A DNA stretch of 64,000 bases, taken from positions 6,318,920 through 6,382,919 of the forward strand of contig OZ199840.1 of assembly GCA_964304625.1 (NCBI GenBank), in the 5' to 3' direction. Below are positions 13,655-27,143 of this stretch, one piece after another. Under the pieces are notes generated by a model. It saw only the letters and a program-made list of their open reading frames with translations. It had not been told where the DNA came from and did no database searches. How positions within the stretch are numbered: position 1 is the first letter of the stretch; the number at the start of each line of letters is the position of its first letter. The position numbers were made by a program, and so were the translations under genes. Source of the stretch: Kudoa neothunni. Taxonomy: Eukaryota > Animalia > Cnidaria.

Positions 13655-14686
13655 CAGTGGTTCTGAATCATTCTTGTTTGCGGACTCCTAATACGTTTAA
13701 TGGACTTAACAAGACCCCCATTCTGTTCTACGCTTAATCCGAACATACGTATAAATATTTTAACTTAAATTAATTATCTATTATCCATAACTTAATTAAA
13801 GTATTTCTTATTTAGATTAATTATGTAGCTTTGTTTTGAAATATTTATTGAAAATTTTTAATCACTAAAAAACTAATTATTTTGGGTATTAAAACAAAAA
13901 ATTAACAACCAGGAATCCATCCCTGAAATTCGTTTGGAAATTATTAAAATTCTAACCAAATATGGACGATGACGCCTAATATCTTAAAATAAAAAAATTT
14001 AATGTAATTTTCTGAATTATTATACATACATATTTAAAAGTAAGCTACATAAAAAATTTAAATATAAAATGTTTTTATCATAATCGAAATATCTATGCTA
14101 TTTAAAATCCCTATTTTCTTTAATAATCGTGTTTATTAAACTAAAGGGTTAACAAAGGAGGAATTATATTAGAATAGAACGTGGACTCAGTGCAATTAAC
14201 ATATTTCTTATATAAATAATAAACATTAAAAGAATATCTAATGAGATTTTTGTAGTAGCTTCTTATTAGTAAGTCCACAGAATTCTGACAAAATATTTGA
14301 AAGAATAATACGTATACAAGCGATTTCGTTTTTAAGATAACCAGCATGGAAATCTAATTTGGCAATAATAGGTTGTTGTAAAAGAAATAATCATTCTACT
14401 TACATGGTTTGCAACATTAAAAAATATGTTTTGGAGATTTTTAATTAATATCAAATAACCTACTGAATGACTTTTGTTTTATAGACTTTTTTACAAAATA
14501 AATTATAACACAAGGAAATTTTGTAACAATTAGAAAATATTTATAAGAAACAATAGCGCAAGAGTATATTTGAAATTTTTAATAATTACGCTAATATTAA
14601 AAATACCTCATTATAATGAATGCATGCTAAAAAAATTGAATTCAAATTTTATTGGAGGTCCGTGAACTTCAGGTTAAGAACCGCTG
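13655..14686. mobile_element. hAT (Charlie/Buster-type) non-autonomous element
   Basis: Ends CAGTGGTTCTGAATC ... GGTTAAGAACCGCTG; degenerate 8-bp flanks GCTTGGAT/GCCTAGGT. Confidence 0.5.
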
Positions 14687-14840
14687 GCCTAGGTACACAT
14701 TGCATTTTACTAAGCATTAATAAAAAGTAGGAATAATCATAACAAAAATTCTGCATAACATAACGATGATGGAATATAACAGACTGTTCTACGCAAGAGA
14801 ATTCAAATTAAAAATCGATCATTTCCAAGCAACACCAGAT

Positions 14841-17395
14841 CTACATTCCGGCATCAGGACCATCATCAGGATCACCTTTGCCCATCCACATCATATTTCC
14901 ACCACCAGCGTTGGTGTCATCATCAATGAATAATTTGTCCTAATATTGTTTTACTTAATTCGACAAATAATTTTTGTATAATTGATCGCCATACTTCAGA
15001 ATCATGTGCCATCTTATTGTAGTAGTCTTTGGTGTCATACAACATTTTCTAAATTGAATTGTCATAAAGTTTTAACCAAAATTGTTCAAAACAACCTTAA
15101 GACACATATCACAATTTTCCGCGCCAGCAAGAATACGTTTATGAAGCAATTCGAATGACGGATAGGTTCCATAATCAGCCAATTGATGCTAATCGACAAG
15201 TAACATTCATTAAAAGCGATAACATAGAGACTGACGTTATTGAATTATTGGTCCTTACAAATTAATTCTAAATGTCGCTTGCATTCGCGCGGGAAGCGTT
15301 ATTAATTTCTATAGCTCTCATTTTTTTATTAAATACAATTTAGTTTTGATATTTAACTGCAGTAAAAACTTAATATAGAGAATTAAATCATAAGAACCAA
15401 TAGACAGTTCTTATTCTCAAATTACGGAATTTAGCACGACTCCAGCGGCACAATCGATACTAATACCTTTCATCTTGTTTAAACGAATGTACTAGATGTA
15501 TAATATTAAAGTAGAAGCTATTTGATACGATAAAAAAATAAGTTATTATGTATACCGCAGCAACCGCGTTATGAGCATCTTCATCATTATCCATATCAAA
15601 CTTGTTGGCAATTTGCCTGATTGTAATTGTGGAATAAGAATTAAGTAGGATTTTCATCGCCCGATTATTAACAGCTAATCTAAGTCTAACAATTGCAGCT
15701 AGACACAAACACTTATTACCAACCACTACAATACCTCTCGATCAGATTTATCACACCATCTTGTCTATAGACATTGTGGAAAAGACCAATAAATCTGTTG
15801 AACACTCGCATATCTCCGTACGCAACAGCTACCGCAATAAAAACTACAATTAAAAATTGTAACCAATATATGCAGATACTTTTTCCTAGAAGAGCATACG
15901 CAGATGCACCATCTCTTAGATATTGGTAATAGCCACACAATGAAGTTTCATATCGTAACAACTGGACTAGAATTAAATATTTTGCTGTCTAAATACACAG
16001 GAAATTTCAAGATTATTTTTAGGAACAAATAACCAACACTGTTACCAATGATCTGAACCCTGATGATTGTTTGAAAGGTGCAGCTCTCATTGCTTCAGAC
16101 AGATAATTAAACGCTTCATCATACTGGCACAGCATCATATACAATAGACCTACATAAACAATATGAACATGATACAATCTACTTAAAATATGGTTGCATT
16201 TTAACACATACCACGATAATGAGAATATCTTGCATAAAGAAAAGATTTTTCAGGATTATAGAACATTACATGATTAAAACAGTCGGCTGCCTATTACCAT
16301 ATAACATATTGTTACAAATCAATCATCTCATCCTCATGAAAAGCGTATGAGAAATATAATTACTTGAATAGTGTGAGGTGTGTTGATAAATCTGTGTAAT
16401 GAGGTAAACTCTTTTCTTCGAGCATAGAACCGACAAATGAGAACCAATAATTGACCCTACGTATGATATATGGAGAGTGATTCGGTGTTTTAAAACAATA
16501 ATTGTAAAGCAATTACCACACAACAACTATCACCCGCTGATTGAGAGTATCGAAGGTGTCGATGCAAAAAACTACAACCAAATTGACATTGCAGCTTAAA
16601 ATTCTAACATTATCCCACCACATACCCCAAAAAGTCGCCGTTGATTTCGTTATATTTTTCATAAGTCAAAGTGACATAATACAGAATTTTAGCACGTAAT
16701 GGAGATGCTATCACTGGTTGATAAAGTTCTACAGCTCCAAGCATATAGCTAGCATTTGCAACACACTACAACACAATCATTGTCATTAAAATATGTGTTG
16801 TTAGAAATAGCTTAGATTAAATTGAAAGAATAGAATAATTACTAGTGATCTATTGTCGCAGTATCTGTAACAGTAAGCCAATGTTAAAAGTTGCAAATAG
16901 GCAGTACAATCAGCCATAACATGCCCGTATTTATCGGAAAGCGGTTTTTTTAAAATGCTACCAGGTAAATGCATAAATTCCAATTTCTCGGTGAAATGTG
17001 AAACTATTACAACACAATAAAAAGTATGACACAACCGACATCCATCATACTAGAACATCCTTGACTATCGACATATTCTAACATGCTGCCAAAATCAAAG
17101 TCTTTCAACGACTCCAAATTAGAAGGAATCATTCCAATTATCATTGTTAGACATTTGTTGTATTCTACTTGAGGCGCTACTTTCATACATTCCAAATGAA
17201 ACAAGATTCCTATTTTTTACTCATTTAATGGTATTAGAATCCGAAAAATATACTTTCGTAAATTAAATCACTGGGGCTTTTTATTTCCTCAGACAGCGGA
17301 ACCGTTTTTTCAATAACAAGGGCTGTTTCTGTTTCAATCATATCAAACGACTTTCCGCAGTGAATCGCCAACAGTCGAGTCGGCTCATGACCCAT
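14841..17395 (-). CDS. PSMD3: Highly divergent 26S proteasome lid subunit Rpn3 (PCI domain), multi-exon
   Basis: Collinear Rpn3 blocks: GQLLVLICRFY; YARYSHYRG; YDEAFNYLSEAMRAAPFKQSSGF (cf. YSEA..TNALRKAPQHTAVGF); AVAYGDMRVF..YRQDGVINLIERLRLAV; SYSTITIRQIANKFDMDNDEDA; YGTYPSFELLHKRI (cf. YSTREPQLAFHQRI). GT-AG introns keep frame in the exons checked. Confidence 0.75.
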
Positions 17396-18249
17396 GACCA
17401 GCCGAAAGTGATGCTGACTTAGATCATTAGCTATTTCTTTTATTTTTTAAATCATTTGATCATTTAACGAAGTTTGTTAATTTATGATGAATTTATCTAA
17501 AGATTAATAAATTATAAGTCGTTTTTGTTCAGTTCTCAAAAAATTACATCTTATATTGCTTTTAATTTCGTATAAAATGATGTTTATAATTACAATGTTA
17601 AAAAATATTTCTAAATTTTTAAAAATACTATAAAATATTTTATATTTCGACTCATGACGCTTGCTGTTTGCATGCGCACTGGTAAAAATTAATCTAGGAC
17701 GGCATTATTTAATTATATATTCTGAGAATTAATTTTTAAAGAATATACGTTTAAGAGAATGAAGTTTGTGTGTAAGCAGCTTTATATTTGTTTATATAAT
17801 AGTTTATGATTAGCATATTTCAACCCAAAAATTTTTTTTACGTTTTATTAATTTTACGTTTGATTAAGTAGTTATAAGAATTTTTTTTGAAATTTCATTT
17901 ATTAAATTCATGATGATAATTCACTTTGGATCCCAATTTCAAAGAAACACGATATTGTTTGTATTTATATTAGGTTTTCCAGCTTATTATCATTATAGTA
18001 GGTGATCACTAATTCATGATAATTTTACGATCACGCAAGAATATAATACATGGAGATAGTGACATTTATTATTTAATGTGTAAGAATTTATAAAATTATT
18101 TTTTTAAATTAACGTGGTCATACACATAAAATTCTAGTTTTGACAATTAATCAACTATAGAGTAAGTGGGATTTCGAAATAATGTTAGAATTTTTTACAA
18201 GCGTAAAACTGTCTATAGAAGAGAATTTAGGATCCACTTGTTTGACTTC

Positions 18250-19900
18250 TACCTCTAAAAAATTTCTAACGATTTACTCGTATGAGATAAAATCTAATTT
18301 ATCATATACGGGAAACAAACTTTTTTCACCGCCTAATTTATCCGTTGAGTGTAGAGATGCGGAATTATCTTTAAACTATATTTGAAAAACAATTAATGAT
18401 TGGTTCAAAGACTATTGAATTCCACCACTACTTAATAAAATTTGTTTCCAATAGATATACAAGTTTTATTTCCAGCCAACTTGCGCATAAATCGTACGTC
18501 CCTGTTATTTTTTCGATAAGTTGCTTTAAAAGAATGAATAATGCATTTATTAATTGGTTGTAGGATTCTAGTGGTGTTTTTCGAGATGTTGGCTATTTAA
18601 TCGTTAGAAAGGTCCATGTATTGATGGCAACTTGCATTGTCCATACATAGAGCAATTTTTTTGTTTCTGTAAAGGAAAACATTGTTAAGTTTTAAAAAAT
18701 AATTTTTAAAAACTCACGGTATCATCTAGACTTTCGTATGATGCTCATATAGAATTGGAGTAGCATTTATATTATAAAACAACAATGCATTGCGTAAAGG
18801 CTTATCAATAAAGATTATAGTTTGTCACGATCCATCCAGACTCCAAAAAGTAAGGTTATCTTTTTGTTGAGTTTTTGACAAAACACATGGAATCTTCAAT
18901 AGAGGAAAAGTAACTTTTGTTTATAACAGGGGTGGCCCAAACCCTGGCTCGCGATCCGTATGTGACTCTTGGAGGTTGAAATACGGTTCTTGAAAAATTT
19001 AGATTTGACCTATTGTTTCATTAAATTTTACTCATAAATTATTTTGACATTTTGAAACTCATAGGATCATGCAGTTATCCTGAATAAGAAAGTATGAATT
19101 AGGCATTAATTCATTATTAATTCCAACTTTTAGATAAAATATACATATAATGACAAACCGCGAATATAATTTTTTACTCCTAGTGGCTCCGAAAAATTTG
19201 AAGTTCATTAAATTCGACTCCCATTTTAAGCAAGTCTAGCCACCCCTGGTCTATAATAACAGTTAAATAATTAAGCAACAATAATCGATTAATTGGTTTA
19301 AAGTATTGCATAACTTAGATTAAACCGAAAATAATAGAGAATTTTATAGCGCAAAAAAATTTTATTATTTTGGCAGTAGCGCTATAAATATTATTTTATT
19401 TCTCTTAATTTATATACAAATAATGTATTCGAAACAAAAATAACCATATTTAGGAACCACATACAGGATGTCAACTGACAGAATAGCGCGATCTCATCGA
19501 CATTATATATTTCGTATCCCTTATAATTTTCAATAAAGTAAAGAAGTTGAAAGTTCTGGTCTGTAATTATTCCTATAGGCCCAGGGTTAGTATTGCCATG
19601 ATAACTAATTTTTTTTTGGTTTTGGGCTATTTCCAAAGCCCAGAAAACATCCATTGGTAACATTCTTGAAATCATCATCAGAAGCACCGATCGAATTAAT
19701 TTTTTAAATTATTTCGATAAATGATAATTCAATACGTTTCGCACTCATTCAAGCGAACCACTCATAAGCACGTTAATTATTGTCTAAATTTTTCTTTCTA
19801 TATTTATCTTCGTTGAGCTTGAAGCAATTACCTTAAAATGCATGATTAATTCGAGCCATTTATTTCTAAAATACCATTTAGTATGTAAACATTTCTTATT
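18250..19900 (-). pseudogene. Degenerate pogo/Tigger transposase relic
   Basis: Remnants YEWF, YEIYNVDEIALF, KIALCMDNASCH, NTTRILQP..IIHSFKATYRK and IINCF, with many stops. Confidence 0.65.
18927..19248. mobile_element. hAT (Charlie/Buster-type) MITE inside the pogo relic
   Basis: TIRs CAGGGGTGGC ... GCCACCCCTG; TSD GTTTATAA / GTCTATAA. Confidence 0.75.
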
Positions 19901-20428
19901 TTAAAGTGTTTAATGGTTCAGTCTTTCTATTGAAGAAATTGCAAACTATCATAATATTTGATTTTATTGTATTTCTCTTCGAGCGTTTTGAATTTGAGTA
20001 TTACTTTTTGTGCATTTAGAAATAATTACGAATTAGCGGTCACCTACCATATTATTTTTCTAAGGGTATAAAAGTTATATTTTTTCATGTAAAACTTTTA
20101 TGTAAGGCCACTGAAAATTATTTTTTTTAAAGATACTGTGTATTATTGATGATATTTTTTTATCAACTCTCGTGGGACAAACTATTGCTAGAATATTTTA
20201 GATCCATGATGAATAGTTTTTGTATAAAATTCTAATTGGGTTAATTAAAAATAGTTATCTAAATTATGATTTTAGGTTATGCCTATTTTTTAATGAAAAT
20301 AATTATTCTAAATCAGCGTTATTCATTTTTAACAATAATATTTTCTATATGTATATTTATAGAAGAATTTCTTATATAATGATTATATAGTTTGAAAATA
20401 TTTGCATCATATATCGACAAAATATATA

Positions 20429-21146
20429 CAGTGCAGAAATGCTCGTTCGTAATGTAACGGAAAGGGGCCCCAATTAGGTAGAATCGTTTAATTGCGTACG
20501 ATCTGTATTTTTTAAATGGATCCTATTTATATAAAATGTATTTTCTTTTATTATATTTTTCTTTTAATCAAATAATAATGGAAAAATTATAATTCATAAA
20601 TAGGAATGTCCGTTTTCGATTAAAATTGATTTTTGTTGATTTTTATTTACCAGAGACATTTGGAATCTTCAAAAAATAGGCGAAATGAGCGTGAACACGA
20701 GAGAGATTGATAGCCATCTCGTTGAGTGGCCCAACCTAGAGTTAGAGAAGGTGGAATACGAACTAGATTGTAAATATCGCCAAATGAAATTACCCCCGCA
20801 ACAAAATAGAATTTATGAGCACATAAGTCTTAGAAACATATCTCATTAATAACAAATGCCAAGACATTTATTCTCTACCAGTTAATTTTAAGGGGATAAC
20901 AAATTACGAAATTGAGAAAGATTGGGTTTCTTCTATTGTTTTCGGCGGCCTCCGCTATCGCTCCTTGATAGGAAAATTTTGTTTCCAGTATTTTTATTAA
21001 AATTTTATTGGATTCAAGGGATCAACACTTTGGCTTATGCACATTGTTACATTGAACAAAATAAACGTCGAAAACGGTGACCCTATTTATAAGTAAAGAG
21101 AAGTATATTAGGCCCAATCATACTACATATGAGCGCTGTTGTACTG
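20429..21146. mobile_element. Degenerate Tc1/pogo-type MITE
   Basis: TA-CAGTGCAGAAATGCTCGT ... ATGAGCGCTGTTGTACTG-TA imperfect inverted ends. Confidence 0.35.
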
Positions 21147-21657
21147 TACTGTGCATGCACAAGTAGTCAGTAATTTATTAATGACAAAAAATTTATTTGT
21201 AATGATTTAAATTGTTATATGGGTAAATAATATCAAAAAGTAGATATTTACAATTTTTAAATTCATTAGTATTAGTCTTAATAAAAAATCCACATTGTGT
21301 TTCTACTTCGCATGAAATCTGTCTGTAAGAAATAATTAAATCAAGCAAAATTTTATAATCATTTAATGGACTAATAAATCTTCCGAATAAAGATAAAACA
21401 TGTTATGCGTTGTTTGTTAAATTTGGATTTTCAATCATAGTAAATTACGAAAACCCATATAGTATTAGAATTCAATGAGAAAATTTGTTTTAAAATAAAA
21501 AATTAATAATAAATAATAACATTAAAATTGATCTAAAAAATATTTGCTACAATAATTGACATTATATTGTACTCTATTTGTAAAGTAATAAAGTCCAAAT
21601 ATTCATACTCTTGTTTAGAAATCTTCTATTATCAATTAAAGTCAAAAACCTCTATAT

Positions 21658-23247
21658 CAATATTTCCCAACTGTTTTTCTAACGCGCCTCACGTTTTCTT
21701 TGAAAAAAGTTCCGAACCCCATCTCTTTCAAAAGTATTAATTTTTTTAATTTAAACTTTTTATAACATTAAAATTTTAACGTATTCGATCAGACCTAACT
21801 AAATTGATCGATGACCCTTGAAAATTAACATCTTTAGCTTTTCATTCCGTCAAAAACAGCGTTAAATGAAGCTCGCGGTAATCGGTAATCTAATTTTCAT
21901 TAGGAAAGACTTTCGGGTATGCGACATTAATAAACAGAAAATAAATAATATAAAAACAAAATTAATAAATATTATATTAGGTTTAATCAGAAAGAGAATA
22001 TACGATTCTGAATGAGACAGTATTGCGATTCAAACCATTATGATTCTATTCGGGTGACGGACACGTTAAATATTATTAATTTTTATATAATTAATCATTA
22101 CCTTTTGTATTTCTTATGATAATAAACGTCTCTCAAAAATAAGCGAAATTGAAAATTGCGATATTGACTTCAAAGTGGGTTATACTTTTCAATTAGCTCA
22201 TCAATATCCCTATCACACCAAAATCCAATATTATCCGCATTCCGCCAGGGCGGTAGGGGTATTTTAGGAACCCCAATTATTTTATTTTTCGAAATTTCTA
22301 TTTTTACCTTTTTATTTTCTCTACAATTTTCCATATAATCTTTTAATATCAAATGAACTTTAAACTAAACTAACAAACAATTTTTACCTTAAGGTTACAA
22401 AATCATACACTACTTTTTTAAAACCGAACCAATTGTATTTAGTGTTTATATTCCTTAGGATCACTTATATTTATTATTTATCTAATTTGAACTACAAATT
22501 AACGATTAAAAATTAATTTTTAAATGAATAAATGGAATAAGAGTATGACTAGCTTTGATTTTATTTTCTACCGGAAGAACACGACGTGCTTGGAGGTTAT
22601 CCTGAGATTATTGTAAGACACGAACGCTCTTAGTAGTATATTAATTTTGAAAGTATAGATCGATTAATATTTAATTTTGTTCCAATCGGGGTTTTCTTTA
22701 TACTTCAGTCATGATTTTCACCAAAGAACAAAAATTACAACAGAAAAGATAGTTGTTTAACGGGAAGGAAATATTGCCACCTTTAATACCATGATCGCAA
22801 CATGAGATTAATGAAAACCTTCGGGTATCTTTGTTGTGGCGGTTTTGTCGGTTGTTCCATTTAGATGACAAATTCAATTGAAAACCAATCTTAAGTTTTT
22901 CAATAATTAGTTAATAGTTTTATACAATCATAACCTATATTCTGGAGGATTTTCTTGTTTATTTTCGTTTTTTTCTTAAAGTGATGGCTACGAATTGCTT
23001 GTATTTTTTCCTAGCTGGGTGAATATCTCTATGTTTTTGGCGGTTACTTTTATTTAAATTAAGTAATAACCACATAAAACAAATTTTTTATCCCTGCGAA
23101 CGAATTAAGTTAAAAACCTCTGGGATATCTTAGGTACCCCCATCCGGCACACGCGTAAGTTATTTGAGTTCCGTCTGTCGAGGGTTAAATGCTCAAAAAT
23201 TACTATGGTCCACCAATTTGTTTTCAAGTCATTGTTTGGAAACACTG
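21658..23247. mobile_element. hAT (Charlie-type) non-autonomous element containing a piggyBac-like end
   Basis: Perfect 8-bp TSD CTCTATAT on both sides; ends CAATATTTCCCAAC ... GTTTGGAAACACTG; internal ...GAGGG-TTAA end near 23185. Confidence 0.7.
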
Positions 23248-23963
23248 CTCTATATTATAATATTATAAGATTCAAGATCGCAAGTTTTAAACATCTCGAA
23301 TAATTTCGAAACTTGTTTTAACATAGCCATTGATTTATTTAATTGTCGTTAACTTAATTTTATTTTAATTCTTTTGGGTAGAACGTTTGTTGTATGCGCT
23401 AGAATCACATCATGTGATTTTATCGCAAAGGTAATTTTGTAATAAACGAGAGATATATGCAACTAAAATACTTTAACTTTTTATATAATTTATATAACTA
23501 AAAACTTTCTCTACGTATACATTACGTTGGTTTAGATAAGAATACAATGGTAACAAAATATTTCGCATTATTGATAATCAAATACTTCAAGCGCAAAAAT
23601 TCAATGATATATGTAATTTAAAATTATTTCTTTACTACATAAAATAAAAACTATCAATATAACTTTAAGTCTACATTTAAAAATATCACGCAAAACACGA
23701 ATGGATTATTAAATGTCAATATTAATAAAAAATTATGTATAGATTTTTATAATTTAATTGATCGTAAACCGTTCAAAACTTATTTTATTTAAATATAAAT
23801 TTTATCAATTGGTAAACCATAAAGTAAAAAAATCGATTTTTTTAGTCATTATTTTTTAAATTAATTTCAAGATTGTATTTTTTAGATCATCAAATATCAT
23901 ATAATTATTATATTTTGAATTTTATTATCAATTCTACATTCAAAAAAATAATTTCCTTATTAA

Positions 23964-25321
23964 CCTTCGAAGTCACATGAAAATTGACACCCTCCCTCCA
24001 AGTATAATTGGGGTCCAAAATACCCCAATTTTTTATTTGATAAAATATTTGAAAAAATGATAATATGTATTTTTATTTGATAAAATATTTGATCGATCAT
24101 ATATTCAGTAATTTCACAAATGACATCATGTAATATTGTGTGCGCATATGCGAATGATAAAGAAATATGTTAACCACAGCGGATGTATTACTTTTGAGAT
24201 CACATATCTTCTATAAACATAATTCAAAATTCAGCTCATTTAGTAAAATTAATTCTTTATTTAATTTTCACTTAAGGCGATCAAAAATATCATAATCCTG
24301 GCAGAGACTATTGCATGAAATAGGTAACATAGATACGCTTGAAATGTTCAGTGGGACGGAAACGACACGTGAGAAACCCACCTAAATCTAAATATGCCGT
24401 AGTTCACCAACATGGCAAAAATTTACGGATTATTTTGTTACCTCAATATTTTCTATACCATCAAAGTGTGAAACTCGCATTATTTGGAGAAGTTTATGTA
24501 ATGTGAATAAAATCACGATATACCTTTCCTTCTTCCAACCCAAATATCTCTTTAACCGATTCTCGATTATCCCTGTGATATCCCCTCGGAAAGAAACAGC
24601 TAATGAACCCATCCAATTCGATCCATCTATCACCAAAAATTTTTCCATCCATGTAGTGGTATGTTTTAAGATGATGGCGTACATAATAGAACTAAATATT
24701 ATTCTGAAAGTATCAGTTGTATTCTGTAATAAAAATGGAGAGACACCAGGATGACTATTCATAATATTTGCAACACATGTTCTAGATGCTAACGGCGGGT
24801 TCATTGACCATACCATTCCGTTCTTGTGTATTAATGAGTTAAGTCTGTATCAATATCAAATCTTTCTAACGATAAATAATCATGAAACGCTGAAAATGAA
24901 TCTGAAGAATCGGTACCAGAGTAATTACTATTAAGATCACCAGAACACACCATTGAAATTAAAAATGGTACACGCGCGATGCAAATTAGGATATGATATT
25001 CATGCAATAAAAATATATTTACTCGATGGAATTTTTTCAGAGTTTCCCCAAACATTTAAATCAATATTTTGGATCATTATATGAAAAAAAATCGTGGGGA
25101 ACAAAAACCTCAATTTTACAATTTTACATTTTACTTGGAGGGTGTTTTTGCATTAACTTTTCTTCTACGGAATGAAAAAGTTTATTAATTAGAGGGATTT
25201 TACTAGAGAATATTATAGAAGAATCGACTGATTGTCGAAAATTCCTCACAAGCTAATGAGGTAGAAAATTGAAAATTAATGTATAATTGGGGTCTTTTGG
25301 AACCCAGTTATACTTGGAGGG
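23964..25321 (-). mobile_element. Internally deleted piggyBac element
   Basis: Inverted repeat CCCTCCAAGTATAA(T/C)TGGG..CCAAAA.ACCCCAATT at 23994 and 25285-25321, with TTAA at 25322. Minus-strand peptide VWSMNPPLASRTCVANIMNSHPG..FRIIFSSIM..ILKHT resembles a piggyBac transposase N-terminus. Confidence 0.7.
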
Positions 25322-25553
25322 TTAATTACTAACACTATTTAAATGATTGTTATTCATTGAGATGGAAACCTTAAATAGGTTCCTAAAACATCAGCTCAAA
25401 ATAATTCAATTACGCATTTTTTTTTTAAATCAAAAAATTTTAACCAAAGCATTGAAGATAATGAGCGTCAAAAAAATAACTAATTCAAACATATAATAGA
25501 GCGATCTAACAGATGATAAACAACATCAAAATAATGTCAGCAACAAAAACCAG

Positions 25554-27143
25554 TTAAACGTGGAATTTTAGAAAAAAGGATCTTGGAAGTTGTTGTCGGC
25601 GTTTTTTTTGGTTACTTTTATTGATGTTATCAAAATTAAATATATCAGAATTTATTTGGCTGGTAGAATTTTGCGAGGTAAATCGGCTTGTTTCATTTGG
25701 AGCAAACGAAGAAAAAGAATCATGTGTGATTGGAGGTTGCATGTGCATTGGTTGAGGTGGTATAAATGATGTGTTAGTATTAAAACCGCCCCCAAAACCA
25801 GGATTAGTTTGAAAATTTTGACCACTCTCATTCATAAACATTCCACTAGGTGCTACGTTTGGCGAGATATTAGAGTACATATGTGTGGTTGGTTGCTGCA
25901 CAGAAGGACCAGGTTGAGCGAAAAGATCATCTAAAGGGCTATTTGTTGACTGAAAAGAAGTAATAGGAGATGATGTGAATAAGTTGGAAAGGTCATTTTG
26001 TGGATGTAACGTTGCAGAGGTTGTAGCAGGTACGTTAAAGTTATTGGTTAGGGGATTAACACCAGAATCAAAGGGATTTTGTGATGGAGTAGATTCGAAT
26101 AAGTCACTAGGTAGTAAATTGCTTCCTGATTGTCTTGAGATGGTGGTTTCCTGTGAGGGTGTTGAATCCAAAGAATCTCCTACTTCATCTGGCAGTAAAA
26201 CTGTGCAAAGTTTAGTGTTTTTTATCGAAACACGTTGGGTTGAAGATTTGGATGCTGCTAAACTGGTGTTTCGATTTACCAGACCACTCTAAAAAACATT
26301 ACATCTTAATTACTGCTACTGCAACATTCCCATAAGTGAAAATAGAAAATGAAATTTTGTATTACAATGTCAAAGTTTAGTTTTTGACCAGCTTTAAGGC
26401 GTAAATCTACAGTGGGACCCTTTTGGAATTCTTTTCGCATGGCTTCCATTCGAGCATCTTTCCTATAACCGAAATTAAATATCGTTCCTGCTGGACATAA
26501 TATTACGAGAAAAAATCGTAAATTGTACAATTAAAATCAAAGGAGTCATTTCTTTCGGGAAATCCTATGCCAATAAATGCATGTTTCCCTACATTGGACG
26601 CATCATTCCAATTCAGTGTAACAACATAAATAATAGAATGAAAACAGATAGATACCATTGTCGTTGACCAATTTTAGGATAAAGTATCTACTACTATCGG
26701 AAACTCCTTCAACTGAGGGCCCAGGATGGTTGTCAATTGGACAGGAACCAAACAAGGCACCTACAAACAATCATAATCAACACACTTTACTTCATCATCT
26801 TTTAAACCAACAAAAAATTGTCGGTTAAGTAGAATAATTATCTCGCCAACATCCACAAAAAATCCACACAAATGTAATACCTGTTTTATCGATAAGATCG
26901 ATTCTTAATTTTTTGTCATTTTCTATAATTTTCAAACTTCCTTCCCAATTGGGATTTGCTAAATCCCACTCAGCTGCCCTATTAGTCAATATTTATATAT
27001 TTATAGAGTGGTTTAATTCGATTTATCAACCTAACCCAATCGCATCGTAAATATTTCTACCTTGGCGCCTTATTTGTTTGTCTGGATGGTATCTTATACA
27101 CAAACACCGGTGATTTCATACACAGTACACGCTCAGAATCCAT
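25554..27143 (-). CDS. NECAP1: Adaptin ear-binding coat-associated protein (NECAP), 6 exons
   Basis: PHear domain: [70 protein letters not shown]; [10 protein letters not shown] (cf. DLGFKEGQTI); disordered S/P/T/N-rich tail. NECAP1 versus NECAP2 is not resolvable. Confidence 0.9.

Noticed and set aside
15275-15302. GC-rich hairpin (CGCTT..AAGCG) in a longer PSMD3 intron as a snoRNA
   Set aside because: No convincing C/D or H/ACA box arrangement.
14841-17395. Assignment as COP9 subunit CSN3
   Set aside because: A(M/L)RxAP..GF, the RLR motif and the HxRI helix match Rpn3 better.
19343-19388. 10-bp inverted repeat TTTATAGCGC..GCGCTATAAA
   Set aside because: Short, inside a decayed transposon, and no second copy seen.
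24030-24092. 23-bp direct repeat TTTTTATTTGATAAAATATTTGA
   Set aside because: Only two copies; local duplication within a piggyBac relic, not an array.
25975-26292. Plus-strand 105-aa ORF and similar antisense ORFs over pol and the membrane gene
   Set aside because: Shadow frames opposite real coding exons.
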